Source: Protoeuglena noctilucae (lineage: Eukaryota). From it: a stretch of 64,000 nucleotides of DNA. The number at the start of each line of letters is the position of its first letter. Position 1 is the stretch's first letter. Made by a program: the position numbers and the translations under genes. The notes below the pieces were generated by a model, which worked only from the letters and a program-made list of their open reading frames with translations, had not been told where the DNA came from and searched no databases. Shown one piece after another: positions 12,501 through 23,871 of this stretch. The DNA is taken from positions 806,001 to 870,000 of the forward strand of contig OY253687.1 in the NCBI GenBank assembly GCA_958009085.1, written 5' to 3'.

Positions 12501-13431
12501 TGCGCACGCAACCCGCTCCCCTCCCACTCCCCCCAGCAAGCTCTCCCGCAAGGCCATGGCGAGCGTGCTGATCCTGACGCACGTGAAGGAGAAGCTGCAG
12601 TTCGTGGAGAAGGAGAATCTCCGATTGGTGGGCCGGTTGGAGGAATTGGAGGCCAGTTTGGCCGTCAAGAGGGATCGACTCCACGACCTCAAGGTGCACA
12701 GGGACGGGGCACGGAGGCGGCTGTCGAGGATGAAGGAGCAGAAGACCACGGGTGAGATATGGGGTGTAATTAGTGATAATAATCAATGTTTATGATTATT
12801 ATGATTGTATTGCTATCGTATATAGCTGTGGATGGCTGTGGATGGGTGTGCGCAGCCATGTGAGGCGGTGTGGCTGTTGGGGATCCGTACGCACGCTAAC
12901 ATCAAGTTATGCTGACATTAGCACTAATGCCCCACCCTCCCACCTCCCCCAGTGTCGTCTCCGATGCTGATTGAGGACATCCAGGGGCAGCGGATGAAGA
13001 GGAACGAGCTCAAGGCGCAGCTGATCAAGGTCAAGGTGAGACTGATTGATACAAGAGATAGGGTCAAACTGGTATTGACCATCACGATCCTGCCAATCCA
13101 AATACGTACATAGATACAATTGCACACCATAAATTTATTCGATAAGTGCCCTTATCGTTGCCTTGTCCCCAATCGCAGAACCAGTTCTCGGAGCTGACCA
13201 TTGTGCACTTGAATGCTATTTATAACAATACTTACACAGCAACACCCGTTATCATCGCAGGACCAGTTCTCGGAGCTGTCGAGCGAGGCCACGACGCTGC
13301 GAGGGCGGCTGACCACGGCGTCGGCTGCGGCGGGGGGTGGCGGCATGTGGGGGGGGTCGATGGCGATGAGTCAGGCCATGAGTCAGGGCAGGCCCAGCCG
13401 GCCATCCAGGGGGCCCATGGAGGGGGGGTGA
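9571..13431 (+). CDS. CCDC96: Cilia/flagella-associated coiled-coil protein CCDC96 (CFAP184, DUF4201)
   Basis: Signature KEQLAEGLHLIDFEQLKIENQSLNEEIEERNEEL and LTHVKEKLQFV; acidic Gly/Glu N-terminus; ATG at 9571 followed by a GTGAGT donor. Confidence 0.88.
11316..11662 (+). repeat. Tandem repeat of about 108 bp spanning an exon end and splice donor (two near-identical units plus a diverged one)
   Basis: GAGATCGCCAAGACGTTCCGGTGAG recurs at about 11322, 11430, 11538 and, diverged, 11640. Confidence 0.9.
12256..12421 (-). mobile_element. 5'-truncated non-LTR retroposon (SINE or LINE 3' end) with (CAT)n tail in a CCDC96 intron
   Basis: Reverse complement closely matches 59895-60060. Flanked by the direct repeat GTGGGGACTGA at 12245-12255 and 12422-12432 (11-bp target-site duplication). 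Ends in (CAT)n on the minus strand. Confidence 0.85.
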
Positions 13432-13738
13432 TGATCGGGGAGGGACGCGGCACGATATGTCTGGTCAGGGTACGATATGCGTGGCGAAGCACCATGTGCC
13501 TGGCAAGGCACGATATGCCTGGCAGGGCAGGGCGCAGGTTGTGAGGGCTCGAGTGTTTTTGCCGAAGCTGCCCTTTGAACGTCGCGATTCAAGCATCACT
13601 TTATGGCGTCAATTCATCCATCTACGGTCGCTGGGATAAGAGAACCAATGACAGCTCGCAGGCATCACAGACAAGACAAGCGGCGAGGGCGAGTTATTCG
13701 CACTGTGCATCCACCCCACCCCATCCCTCACAGCTCCT

Positions 13739-16700
13739 TTAAACCTCCCCCACACGCAACACCGCGTCCTCCCTGCACCACGACACGCGGCGTTGCACAC
13801 CAGACGCCAATCTACCCCCGCACCCCCCGCATCCGCTCGCCCGCTTGGCGCAGGCGGCGCGGGCGGGGCGCAGGATGCTGCGGTGGGGCCTGGCATGGCC
13901 CTTGCTGGGCGAGGGGGAGGTGGCGCCTCGTGGGTGGTGGGCGTGGGTGGAGTGGGTGGCATGCGTGGCGTGGGTGCGAGGGGGGCGGTGCGATCGGCGC
14001 AGGGATGCCTCCCGTATGGCGCGGAGGGCGGCCCACTCGCACTCGCTCGCTTCGATTAAAGCGGAGACGCGGGCGGGGGGGAGGGCCTGGGGGTAAGGGG
14101 CGGTGGGGGGAGTGGCGTGAAGGAAGGGTGGCAGATTGACGCATACATGGTCTGTGCTTCCCTCTTGCTCCACCCCGCGCCTCTCACAGCACGTCTGCCC
14201 CCCACAGCACGCTCCACCCCACCTGCTGCACCACCCCATCCCCCACCCACCCCAGCAATCGTGACTCTGTCCAGCCATAACACCTAGTCCAATCAACGCT
14301 TCTCCTTACCTGCTGCGCCGCCACCGCCGCCTCGGTCCACCTCTTGCGGATGTCGGCCGCCCTCGCGTCGTCCATGACCAGCCCACACCGGTCCGTGCTG
14401 GCCCACGCCTCCCCCGCGCGCCACTTCACCGCAAGCTTCTCGTTCACGTACCATTGCACGAAAGCGCCCGCCACCGCGTCCACGCCCACCGCATCCGCAC
14501 CCATCGCATCCCCCACCACTGCGCCACCGTCCGACTCCCCCACTGCATCCGCCCCCGCAGCACTAGCCCCAGATGCGCCCGCGACTGTCCCCCGCACAGT
14601 GACGTGCTCCCAGATCGACTGATCCCGCATGGATTGCTCCTTCATGATCTGACGGTGGTAGTGTAGCCGACCAGGTCCCCCGGGCACCACGTCCGCCCTC
14701 GCCCTCCGCACCACGTGGGCCCCCGCGGCCTCGTCGAACGCCACCCGGACGATCCCCGCGGCGCTCAGCGGCGACACGGGGCGGGGGACGCTGGGGGAAG
14801 GCGAGTGCGCGTGCGGGGTGGTGGCACTGGGGGTGCCGGTCTCGGCCATGCTCACGGCGACGTCTGCGGGCGACGGAGAGAGCAGGTGGTGCTATTAGCG
14901 ATGCTACTGTTGCCAGTCTGCATTAGATGTCAGCTTTGTTGAATGTGCAGCACCCCCTCATCTCCCAAAGTGCAACCCCATACAGGTGCGACCCGTACCA
15001 CGCTCTCTCATAACCTCTCACCTCCCTCGCCGCCTCCCCCCGGCAGCCGCAGTGGGGGCGACACCACGCTCCGCATCGCCAAGTCCTCGCACCCGTCGCC
15101 CCCGCTGGCCCCGCAGTCCCCCGCATCCCGGCCCAGCCGAGGCGCCACGGGCGTCGCCACCCCCCCTCCCTCCTCCGCCACCCCAGGAGCGCGCAGCAGC
15201 GCCGCTCGGTCCATCGGTGGCGTCCCCACCTCCGGGGACCCATCCCGGGCCTCCACGCTTTCCCCAACACCCCCCACGCGTGCGCCCCTGTTGTCACCCC
15301 CACAGCCCGCGCCAACCCCACCGCTCCCGACGCCCCCCGGGACCCCCGTCCCGCTTTCCACCCTCCCACTGTCCCACTCCGCACCCTGGCAGGCCCCCTC
15401 CGCCCCCTCCAATGCCCCGCTGGCATCGTGCAACGCGGCCCCGCACCCGGTGTCGTACCCAAGGATGTCGTCGATGGTCTCACGGGGCCCAGGCATGGTT
15501 AAAGCGAGCATCGCGGCCTCCAGGCGGGGGTTGGGGGGCGTGGCGACGCCCGGGGAGCCCCAGGGGAACGCCGGGTGGGGCGGGGCGAGCGATGGGCCCA
15601 TGCAGACATCGCTGTTGAGCACATGAGAGGGTGGCGAGGTGGCGGGCAGGGGGGTCGAGGGGGTAGAGGCTGACGCGACGGCGGCGGTGGGAGTCGGGGA
15701 CGCCACGCGAGGTGGCGAGCCGTGCTGCACAGCCGACGTATCGTGCAGTGCGAGCGGCGGCTGCTGCGGCGTGGGCGACGCCTCGTGCGCAGGGGACACA
15801 GGCGCAGCACCAGCCTCCGCCTCCGCATCGACTGCAACCCCCCCTGCTACTCCCTCCCCTCTCTTCCCCTGCCCCACCGCTGCGTCTGACGCCATCGTCG
15901 CTACCCGCGTCGCCGCCCGCGCACTCCGCCGCAGCGCCGGGCGACCCGGCCCGGCCGCAGACCCCGCCGCTGCCTTCGCCACCCCCGTTCGCGCCTTGCC
16001 ACCACCCCTCCGGCCCCTCCCCTTTCCACTCTTAGCAGCACTGCTGGGCCCGTCGCCCGCATCTGCCACGAACCCCTCCTCCCGACCCTCGCCACTCCCA
16101 CTCCCTGCCCCCTCTCCAGCCCCACCCACTCCCCTCTCCCCACCGCCCTCCCCACTCCCTCCCATCCCCTCCCCCTCGCTCCCTTCCCCCCTCCCCGCCA
16201 CCCCATCACCGCCACCCTCGCCCCTCCCCGCCCCGTCATCAAAGTCCAGCACCCGTACCACCGCCCCGCCCTCCTTCGCCGCACCCGCATCCCCCCGGCC
16301 CGCCCGGCCCCGCCCTGTCGCGGGGCTCTGGTCGGGGGTGGCGCCCTGCAATGCCAGCGAGAGGGCCCACACGACTGCCGGGCTGGGCGCGCCCACTGCC
16401 GGGCGCAGGGCGGTCGGCAGCGGGGGCGGGGAGGGTCCCGCGTGGGCGGAGGAGAGGCCGCGGAGGCGGCGGAGGGCGCTGGGGACGAGGGTGGTGGCCG
16501 AGGGTGGCCCGGCGGATGCGGGGGCGGAGGCCGGCGTCGCAGGGGAGAGGACGCGGGGGGTAGAATCGAGCAGAGGGCCGTCCGACACGGCGTTGCTGGT
16601 CGTGGGGACTGTAGGCGTGACGCCCGCAGCAGTGGTGGCGAGATCCGCAGCCGTGTCTGCACCGTCCCGCTCTGCGCCAACCGTGTCTGTGGCATTCGCA

Positions 16701-18641
16701 GCCACAACGACCCCCGCCATCGCTGCTCCCCCATCGCCCGCATCGCCCGCTGCCGCACCCTCCCCAGCGTCGCCGGCCGCAGCTGTGCCTGCCCCGCCCC
16801 CGTCGCTGCGTCTGCCCTTGCCACGACGCCCCGCCCGGACCCGCGGCGCCTCGTCCTCTCCAGCCGCGCTCCCCTCCCCACTCATCTGCATCTGCTTTCC
16901 CAGCCCCGCATCTCCGCCACCGCCACCCCCACCGCCCCCGCTCCTCCGTGCGCTCCGTCGCAGGCGCACCCCCTGCGACGACGGGGGGTGCGAGCGCTGC
17001 GGGGCTTCCCCAGACGGCCGCAGGGGTTCAGGGTCCTGCAAGGCCCCCTCCGCTGGCTGCGAGGGCGTCGGCAGTGGCTGGGACGGCTCCGGCACCGACA
17101 CCGGCTGCTGTGCCGGCCGTGTGGGCTGGTCGTCCTGCACTGTCTGGGGCATTGGCTGGGTTGCTGCCTGCACCAACTGCGTGTGCTGGGCGTGCTGGAG
17201 TGCCCCATCTGCGCCCTGGCGGGGCGAGAAGGCGTCCGTCGAGAGGCGCGGCCTCGGTCGCCTGGCACGGGCAGTGGCGCGCCTGGGGGGGAGGGGGAAA
17301 GGGATCCGATGCGTGGGAAGGGGGGGTGGCATCCACGGCGGCGAGCGGTGCAGTTGCAGGCGATGTGGGGAGCAGCACAGGCAATGGGTGAGCTTCTCAT
17401 GTTCTAAGTAACCGTTCCAGTCACATCATGGATCATATATATAACCACAACTCTTCGTGGGCGGCGTTACTTCAGAAACGATGACGATGCACACCCCATC
17501 ACCCCCGCAGCCTCACCTCCTCGCCAGCCGCACCGTCCGCACGTGCTCGGCAAAGTCGTACGCATCGCCATACGCGCCCTCGTCGTTCCCACTGCCGCCC
17601 ACGCCATCGCCAGCGCCGCCGCTCTCCGAGTCGCTGCCGGGGAACGCGAGGGGGTCACGCGGGGCCGCAGGGTCGCACGATGTGGCGAGGGGGTCAGTCG
17701 GGGCCGTGGCAGCGTCACGAGGCGTGTTGCCCTCCTCGCCATCCCCGCTCTCTCCCACCCCCCGCGGCCCCTCGACGGGGCCTCTTATCCCTTCCATATC
17801 AGCGTCGCCCTCATCGCCCTCTCCCCCCAGTCTCTCCCCATCCCCGCACTCCTCCTCCACCTCCTCTCGCTCCCCACCATCGCCATCGCCATCACCTCCC
17901 TCAGTCGCCTCGTCCGGGCTCCCCGTCGCATCATCGATACCCTCCGGCGATTTCTCACCGCCCAGCAACGACCCCTTTTCCTCCGCCAACCCTCCCGCCC
18001 CACCCACACGCACCCCCACCCCACGCGCGCTTGCCTCCCCACCCCTGACCCCCCGCTCCCCGCTCCCCTCGTCTCCCTCCACGTCCCGCTCCCTCCCTCG
18101 CCGTGCCAGTTGCCCCGCCTCCCCTCGCCCCGTCGCCTTGCTCTCAACTCCACCCACCCGCCGCTTGGCGCTGCCACGCCCGCCGTCCCCAGCACCCTCC
18201 CGCAATCGCTTCAGCCCCTTGCGGCGATCCGAGAGCGCCGGTGCCGCGCTGGGGCCCTGTCCCGACCCCCCCGCCACCACCCACCAGTCACTGGGACGTC
18301 GCGATGCCCGGCCGGACACCAGCACCGTGGCCCACGCGTCCTCCCCGGGTGCATTTGGCTCGCCCGCAGCGCCCGCCGGCGGAGTCTGCGGCGTCGCATC
18401 CCTGCGCGCGGCGCAGCTTGCGATGTATGAGGCACGGGCAGCGTGCGGCGAGCAGTGCGGCAGCAGGGGCAGCGCAAGGGTGCTGGAGAGACCTGCCGGC
18501 GCACGGCCCTCGCCTGGGTTTGGATGAGAAACGCCAGCGGGGCTTGGAGGGTGCCGGGGGCGTGGCGTGGGACCCGGCTCGCAGCTCCTTGCTTGGAGCC
18601 TGGGGCTGGGATGCGAGGTGCGGGCCGGCGGGAGCGGCCAT
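13739..18641 (-). CDS. Large, mostly low-complexity multi-exon protein with a CENP-C-like RxxxxPxxWW motif and a small globular C-terminal segment
   Basis: Long minus-strand frames 17513-18325, 15008-17332, about 14310-14870 and 13739-14086, linked by plausible introns (GTAAG donor at 14309). Motif SGRASRRPSDWWVV at 18275-18316. Start codon uncertain. Confidence 0.55.
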
Positions 18642-19316
18642 CCACCACTCCCGGGGCGCCAGGCGCGTCCGTCCGGTCATAACTACGAGATATTCTGAAA
18701 CAGAACGCCCTATTTGGACCTGCGCGCGGGAAGAGCGTGTTAGCTGTTTGCAAATGAGCGTGGGCGCTCACCCTCGCCGCAACGGTGAGCCGGGAAGGGT
18801 GTCTTCATGGCGAGACGATAGTACGACGCGGTGACATTCAAAAGCCCTGCGAGGCGGGGACCGGGGGGCTAGAGGAGTTGTCCCCACTCACCCGCAGCGA
18901 TGTCTCGCGTCCTGGGAAGAGCTGGGCTACTCCTCAGCGCCGCTGATCCTTCCCCCGGATTGTCTTTGTGGAGACAATCTCCCGAAGCCTAATCAGCCTT
19001 GACGGGGCGCCCCTCCACGCGAGAAAAGTCCTTGCCGCCCTCGGTTTTCAAATTGCCTCGCGCGGCGCGAGAGCGAATTCAGGCAACGGGTCTCCCGTTC
19101 ATCCTTGTTCTTGTTAATTGCGTTGGCGGCGAAGAGAATAGGCGGCAGGGGTGCCCGAGGCACTTGGATGCAAAGCCTCTCGTGTCGGAAACGGACGGAA
19201 ACCGACTCACGCCCGCAAGAGATCACGTACATTCAACGCGGACGCATATTTGTTCCGAACCAAGCCAGCATGCGCCTCAGGTGGCCTGCTGGTTCTGGCG
19301 TGCCTGCACCCACGCG

Positions 19317-21043
19317 TCATCCCGCACCCACGCGCTGCGCCCCGAACGGCCTCTCCTTCCCTACGATGACAGGCGCGTGGAACGCCTTCTCCCGCGTATT
19401 GAGCTCGTCCGCGAACTCCGCGAACTTGCGCGCCTTCTCCTCCCGGATGGCCCGACGCTGCTCCTCGATGTCCCTCCGCTGGCGATCGCGCTCTTCCTGC
19501 CGGGCCCGCCGCTTCTCCTCCTTCATGCGCGCCAAGTCCGCGTCGATGCGCGCCCCGAGCTCCGCCGCCTCCCTGCGCCGCGCCTCCTCCTCGAGTCGCC
19601 TCTGCTCCATCTGCCGCTGCAGCGTCGCCTGCGTCTCCCGCTCCCGCGCCGCCCGCGCCTCCCGCCGCGCCGCCGCGTCCTCGTCCGCGCGCCGGTTGTA
19701 CGCGGCCAGCTCCCGCGCGGCCCTCTCCGCGTCCTCGCGCGCCCGCTCCTCCAGCCCCCGCGACGGCGCTTCGGCGCCCCCGCGCGCCAGCAGAGCCTCG
19801 AGCCGCCGCTGCCGCTCCTCCGTCGCCCTCTCCCGCGCCTCCTCCCGCTCCTGCAGCGTCCGCTGGTACGCCTCCAGCTGCACCCTCTCCCGCAACGCGT
19901 CTTCCTCACGCTGCCGCGCCCGCTCCGCCCGCCGCGCCTCCTGCTCCGCCATCGCGCGCCGCATCTCCCCCTGCCGAGCCGCGCGCGCCCGCTCCTTGCG
20001 TTCCGACGCCTCCCGGAGCTCCCTGCGAGATCGCGAGTCCCCGATTACTGCTCGTGTCTCTGCACGTCCCCCGCTGCCACGCCGTGCCCCTCGCCACATC
20101 AATAACATGGCTCCCCGCACGCTCACCGCTTCGCCTCTTCCTCCTCCAGCCAATCCTCGAACCGCTGCCGCTCCCGCGCGTCCCTCGCCGCCGCCTCCCG
20201 CTCGGCCCTCAGGCGGTCGTGCTCGGCCGCAAGCGCCTCCTGCCGACGTCTCCTCTCAACACCCTCGTTCGCCTCGTCGCCGCGCACCCTCTCCAGCGTC
20301 GCGTCCATCTCCCGCTGCTCCCGCGCCCGCTCCTCCCGCTCCGCGCGCTCCGCCGCTGCCAGCTCGGCCAGCTGCCCGTCCAGCAGCGCCCGCTGCCGTG
20401 CCGCCGCCGCCGCCCGCGCCTGCCGCCGCCTCTCCGCGTCCTCCCGCGCCGCCCGGTCGTCGTCCGCGGCGATGCGACTGAAGTCCGTCACCGCCAGCCG
20501 CGCGAACGCCTCCAATTGGTGACCCGGCAGGTCCGCCGGGTGCCGCCCCGCCAGCCCCGTCCGCGCCACCCGCGCCCGGTGCTCCTCAAGCAGGTGCGCG
20601 GGCGGGCGGTACTCCCGACGCTCGCGCGCCAGCCGCTCCGCCTCCCTCGCCGCCTCCCGAGCACGGTCTGCGGCCTCACGCTCCGCCCGCCGCTTGTCCC
20701 ACCCCGCCCGACGCCGCGCCTCGCGCGCCGCGGCACTCCCCAGCGTGTCCGTCTTGTCCGCCGGGGCGATGCGCCGGGCGCTCGACATGAACGCGCCGGA
20801 GCCGGACGCCACGCCGCTCCACGCCCGCACCACGGGCAGCATGGCTTTGGCCGGGCGGGCCGCGCGGGGCTCCGAGATGGGCCGCGAGAGGATCCTGGCC
20901 ACGTCCGCTTTAAGCGCCGCGAGCGACGCCTCGGTGAAGTCTCCGTCGGCGAGGTGGCGCTCGCACCGGCGGAGGGCGCGCAGGAGCTTGTCTCGCTGCG
21001 CCTGCTCCGACATGTGGGTCGTGGCCAGCCGGGCTTGCAGCAT
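19317..21043 (-). CDS. R/E/A-rich long coiled-coil protein (trichoplein/TPH-like; possibly a ciliary microtubule inner protein)
   Basis: ORFs 20123-21127 and 19317-20153 join through an intron at 20023-20126 (GTGAGC...CAG). Charged helical sequence with strong GC3 bias. The 3' end may include one more small exon. Confidence 0.6.
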
Positions 21044-21707
21044 GCCCTGCGAGGAGTCGCGATAAAGATAACTTGAGTAAAACAGCGAAGAGAGGCAGTG
21101 CGAGGGCCGAAGCGGGCGCGATTCCACCGCCGCGCGGGCGGAAGGTGTGTTGAGCGCAAAGCTGAGGCTTGGTGGGGCGACGCGGGCGCCCCATCGCTTG
21201 CGACCAGGTCAGCGGAACACGACTTAGTAGATGTCTACAGCGGCAGCACCATGGTCCCACAAGATGGCGTCGGGGGGCGACATAGCTTGGCGCATGTCGC
21301 ACCTTCAGGACCTGGGCCCCGTTGCGGCTGGAGGCCGCCTCCTTCACCCTGTCCTCAGCCATCCCTCATGAAATACGTATCTAAGGCCTTTCGGCAAAGC
21401 GCGGACGCCTGTCCCGCGAGCTGGGCCAAACACACTGTTTCACACTGCCAAGACGCCTCAGAGCTAGTTTCCCTCCCTGGCCAGCCACCTCTGAAAGTTG
21501 TGCAGGAAGTGCGAGCCCGCTGGCCCCTCAGGCTTCAGGCTGTTCCGTCCCTCTTGCGCTCCGCTGACGCCGTGCAGCATGAGGCGCAGGTTTGTCGGTC
21601 TGGACGCCGATGCGGTGGCTCCACACGATCAGCATGCGCACCTCCAGTCGTCGGGTAGGTTTCGTGCCGATCTCCCGCCGCGTGGGCGCGGGCATAGCTC
21701 TGCGATA

Positions 21708-22395
21708 ATGGCCGTGTCCTGCGTGTGCATCGTCGGCCCGGAGAACGACCCGCTGTACCTAGAGGTTTTCAAGAAGGGTGCACAGGTGAGGGCTCCGCGG
21801 CAGCGGCGTTCGGGCGTCCCCCGCAGCACCCCTGTTCGACCCAACGCTCGTTGCGGCCGTGTGAGCGCAGGACGAGGGCAGCTTTCACTGGCTTTGCCAC
21901 GGAGCGCTGGACTACATCGAGACCAAGGTGAGGGTCCGATCACATGGCCCGTTCGCAAAGCCCGGGGCGCCCAAGGGGACAGAGACCCGCACGTCGACTC
22001 TGGGAGCCACGGCTGCAGGTCGAGCTGACTTCCAAAGCCCGCGGGGACCCCTCAGCCACCGACGAGTTCCTCGGTCTGCTGTACGTGACGGAGGACTATC
22101 AGATTTTCGGGTATCTCACCTGCACCAGGTGCGGCGCTCTGGGGAGGAACAGGCCGCAGCCCCCGCAGCTCCGCGCCCGGCCATTTGACGGCAATATGGA
22201 ATGGCAATTCGCAGGGCCAAGATCATCCTGGTCGTGGAGTCTGACGAGGACCTGGGAGACGCGCTGCGGGGCACGTTCGTGCAGCTGCACGAGCTCTACA
22301 CCCGAGCCCTCTGCTCGCCGTTCCACGATCCGGGCAGCCGCATCACCAGCTCCGACTTTGCAGCAGCCGTGGCGGCGGCGCTGAGCGTCCGCTAA
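21708..22395 (+). CDS. TRAPPC2L: TRAPP complex subunit 2-like (sedlin family, Tca17)
   Basis: Exons 21708-21785, 21871-21927, 22019-22128 and 22215-22395 give MAVSCVCIVGPENDPLYL...HGALDYIETK...FLGLLYVTEDYQIFGYLTCTRAKIILVV...LHELYTRALCSPFHDPGSRITSSDF. Confidence 0.88.
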
Positions 22396-22403
22396 CGGCC
22401 AAG

Positions 22404-23153
22404 ATGGCGGCGGCGGAGGGCAGGCCGATGCGAGAGGCGGGGGAGGGGGCGGTCGAGGCACCGGGAGCGTCGGCACGCGATGGGGTCCTGGCGATGTCGG
22501 ACCGAGTGCTGTCGCGGGTGTGCGACGATCTCAGGGCCAGGCGAGGTGGCAGGCAGACGTGGCATGGCGGATGGGGCAGCGCAGCGTGCGCAAGCGTGTG
22601 AGGCAGACTGTGACCTGCTCTTGACACTGTGCAGGGCCCGCGACCGGCTACCCTGCCCTCTGAACCGGCATTTGGTGGCCCTGGCGGTGCTGTTTGGTCG
22701 CCAGGCGGAGATGGCTCTGCAGATTGTCGACAAGGGGCAGGTGTCGAAGGCCGTGGGCCGCGAGTCGCGGCGGGAGGTCTTTCACGTGCGTGCGGGAGGG
22801 AGCAGGCGCAGGGCTTACAGGGATGCCGTGTGCACGCATGGCTAGCGTGCGCGTCTGGTCGTGGGTCGTGGCGCATGACGCGTGGCGAGCGAAGTTGAAA
22901 CACTGCCATGTCGCCGCGTTGCCACAACCTCGCCCGCGTTCTCTAATTGCAGGTGCAAGGTCGCGAGGAGCGCTACTTGGTCTTCCCGCCGCACTACTGC
23001 AGCTGCATGGCGTTCCACTTTGACGCGGTGACCAAGAGGGAGCACCTGACCTGCAAGCACGTCTTGGCGGCGAGGCTGGCCGACGCCCTCGGGCGCTGCG
23101 TCCTCGATACGGTCGACGACGCGCAGCTGGCGGCTCTGATTCTAGGGCGCTGA
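22404..23153 (+). CDS. ZSWIM7: Zinc-finger SWIM domain protein 7 (SWS1, Shu complex, homologous recombination)
   Basis: Three exons; ALAVLFG...ALQIVDKGQV...VFH|VQG...YCSCMAF...TCKHVLAARLADALG, matching the SWIM CxC...CxH pattern. Confidence 0.85.
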
Positions 23154-23871
23154 GTCTGATGGTGCTGCATCTGCCGCGCCGCTCCTGCCCAGCCCGGCCG
23201 CTGTAGGATCACTTGTACGTATACTAGCTGTCCGTCCATATTCATCGCTTGAGAGTTTTGCGAGCAGTTGTTCCATGCACTGAGTGCCGGTCTCTGGCAG
23301 CACCTTGCCGCCGCTGATGCGTGGCGGTCGGCACCAGAGGCATTCAAGAAAAGCACATCGATTCCCAGACATCGTTGCACCGGCAGGTCGACCGCTGCGG
23401 GTGACCGGGAGCCTCTCCCGGCTCGCCGAATCCGCGAGTGCCCGTCTTTAGACCCTCACAACGCATATATATCGCGTAGTTGGCTGAGCAGCACCGAGCA
23501 ACCTCCTCCTTTGCGCAGACAGGTGCCAGGGCCCCACGCATGCCCCCTGCACTTGCATTGGCCCACAAGCTCTCCTGGTCCTCGTTTGGACCGTGTACTA
23601 GCCCCGGCCTGTTCTTTCTGACATTGGCTACGTGTCTGTCTGCATCGAAAAGCCCGCAATGCTCTCTGCTCGCCGAGCCGATGCAAACGCCCCGCGCACC
23701 TTTTGGCCCGTGCGGCGTTCCGCCAATCGCATGGAATCCCGCCTGTCGATTGTCGCCGTGAACTGGGGTCGACATCGTTTCATCGCGTCACCAGCCGGAC
23801 CCTCGCCGCCCCCGCAGAAGGCAAGCCGATCCCGCGCGAGCCTCGCGCCACCCGCGCTACCTCGCGCCGCG

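Noticed and set aside
15639..17411. Long plus-strand ORF (590 aa) and many similar Pro/Arg/Gly-rich ORFs in the track
   Set aside because: Antisense or alternate-frame shadows of real GC-rich exons; stop codons are rare at this composition.
18838..19012. RNase MRP/P RNA from AAAAGCCCTG...ACGGGGC
   Set aside because: The P4 consensus (GAAAGUCCCC / GGGGCU) is not matched and no other conserved regions were recognised.
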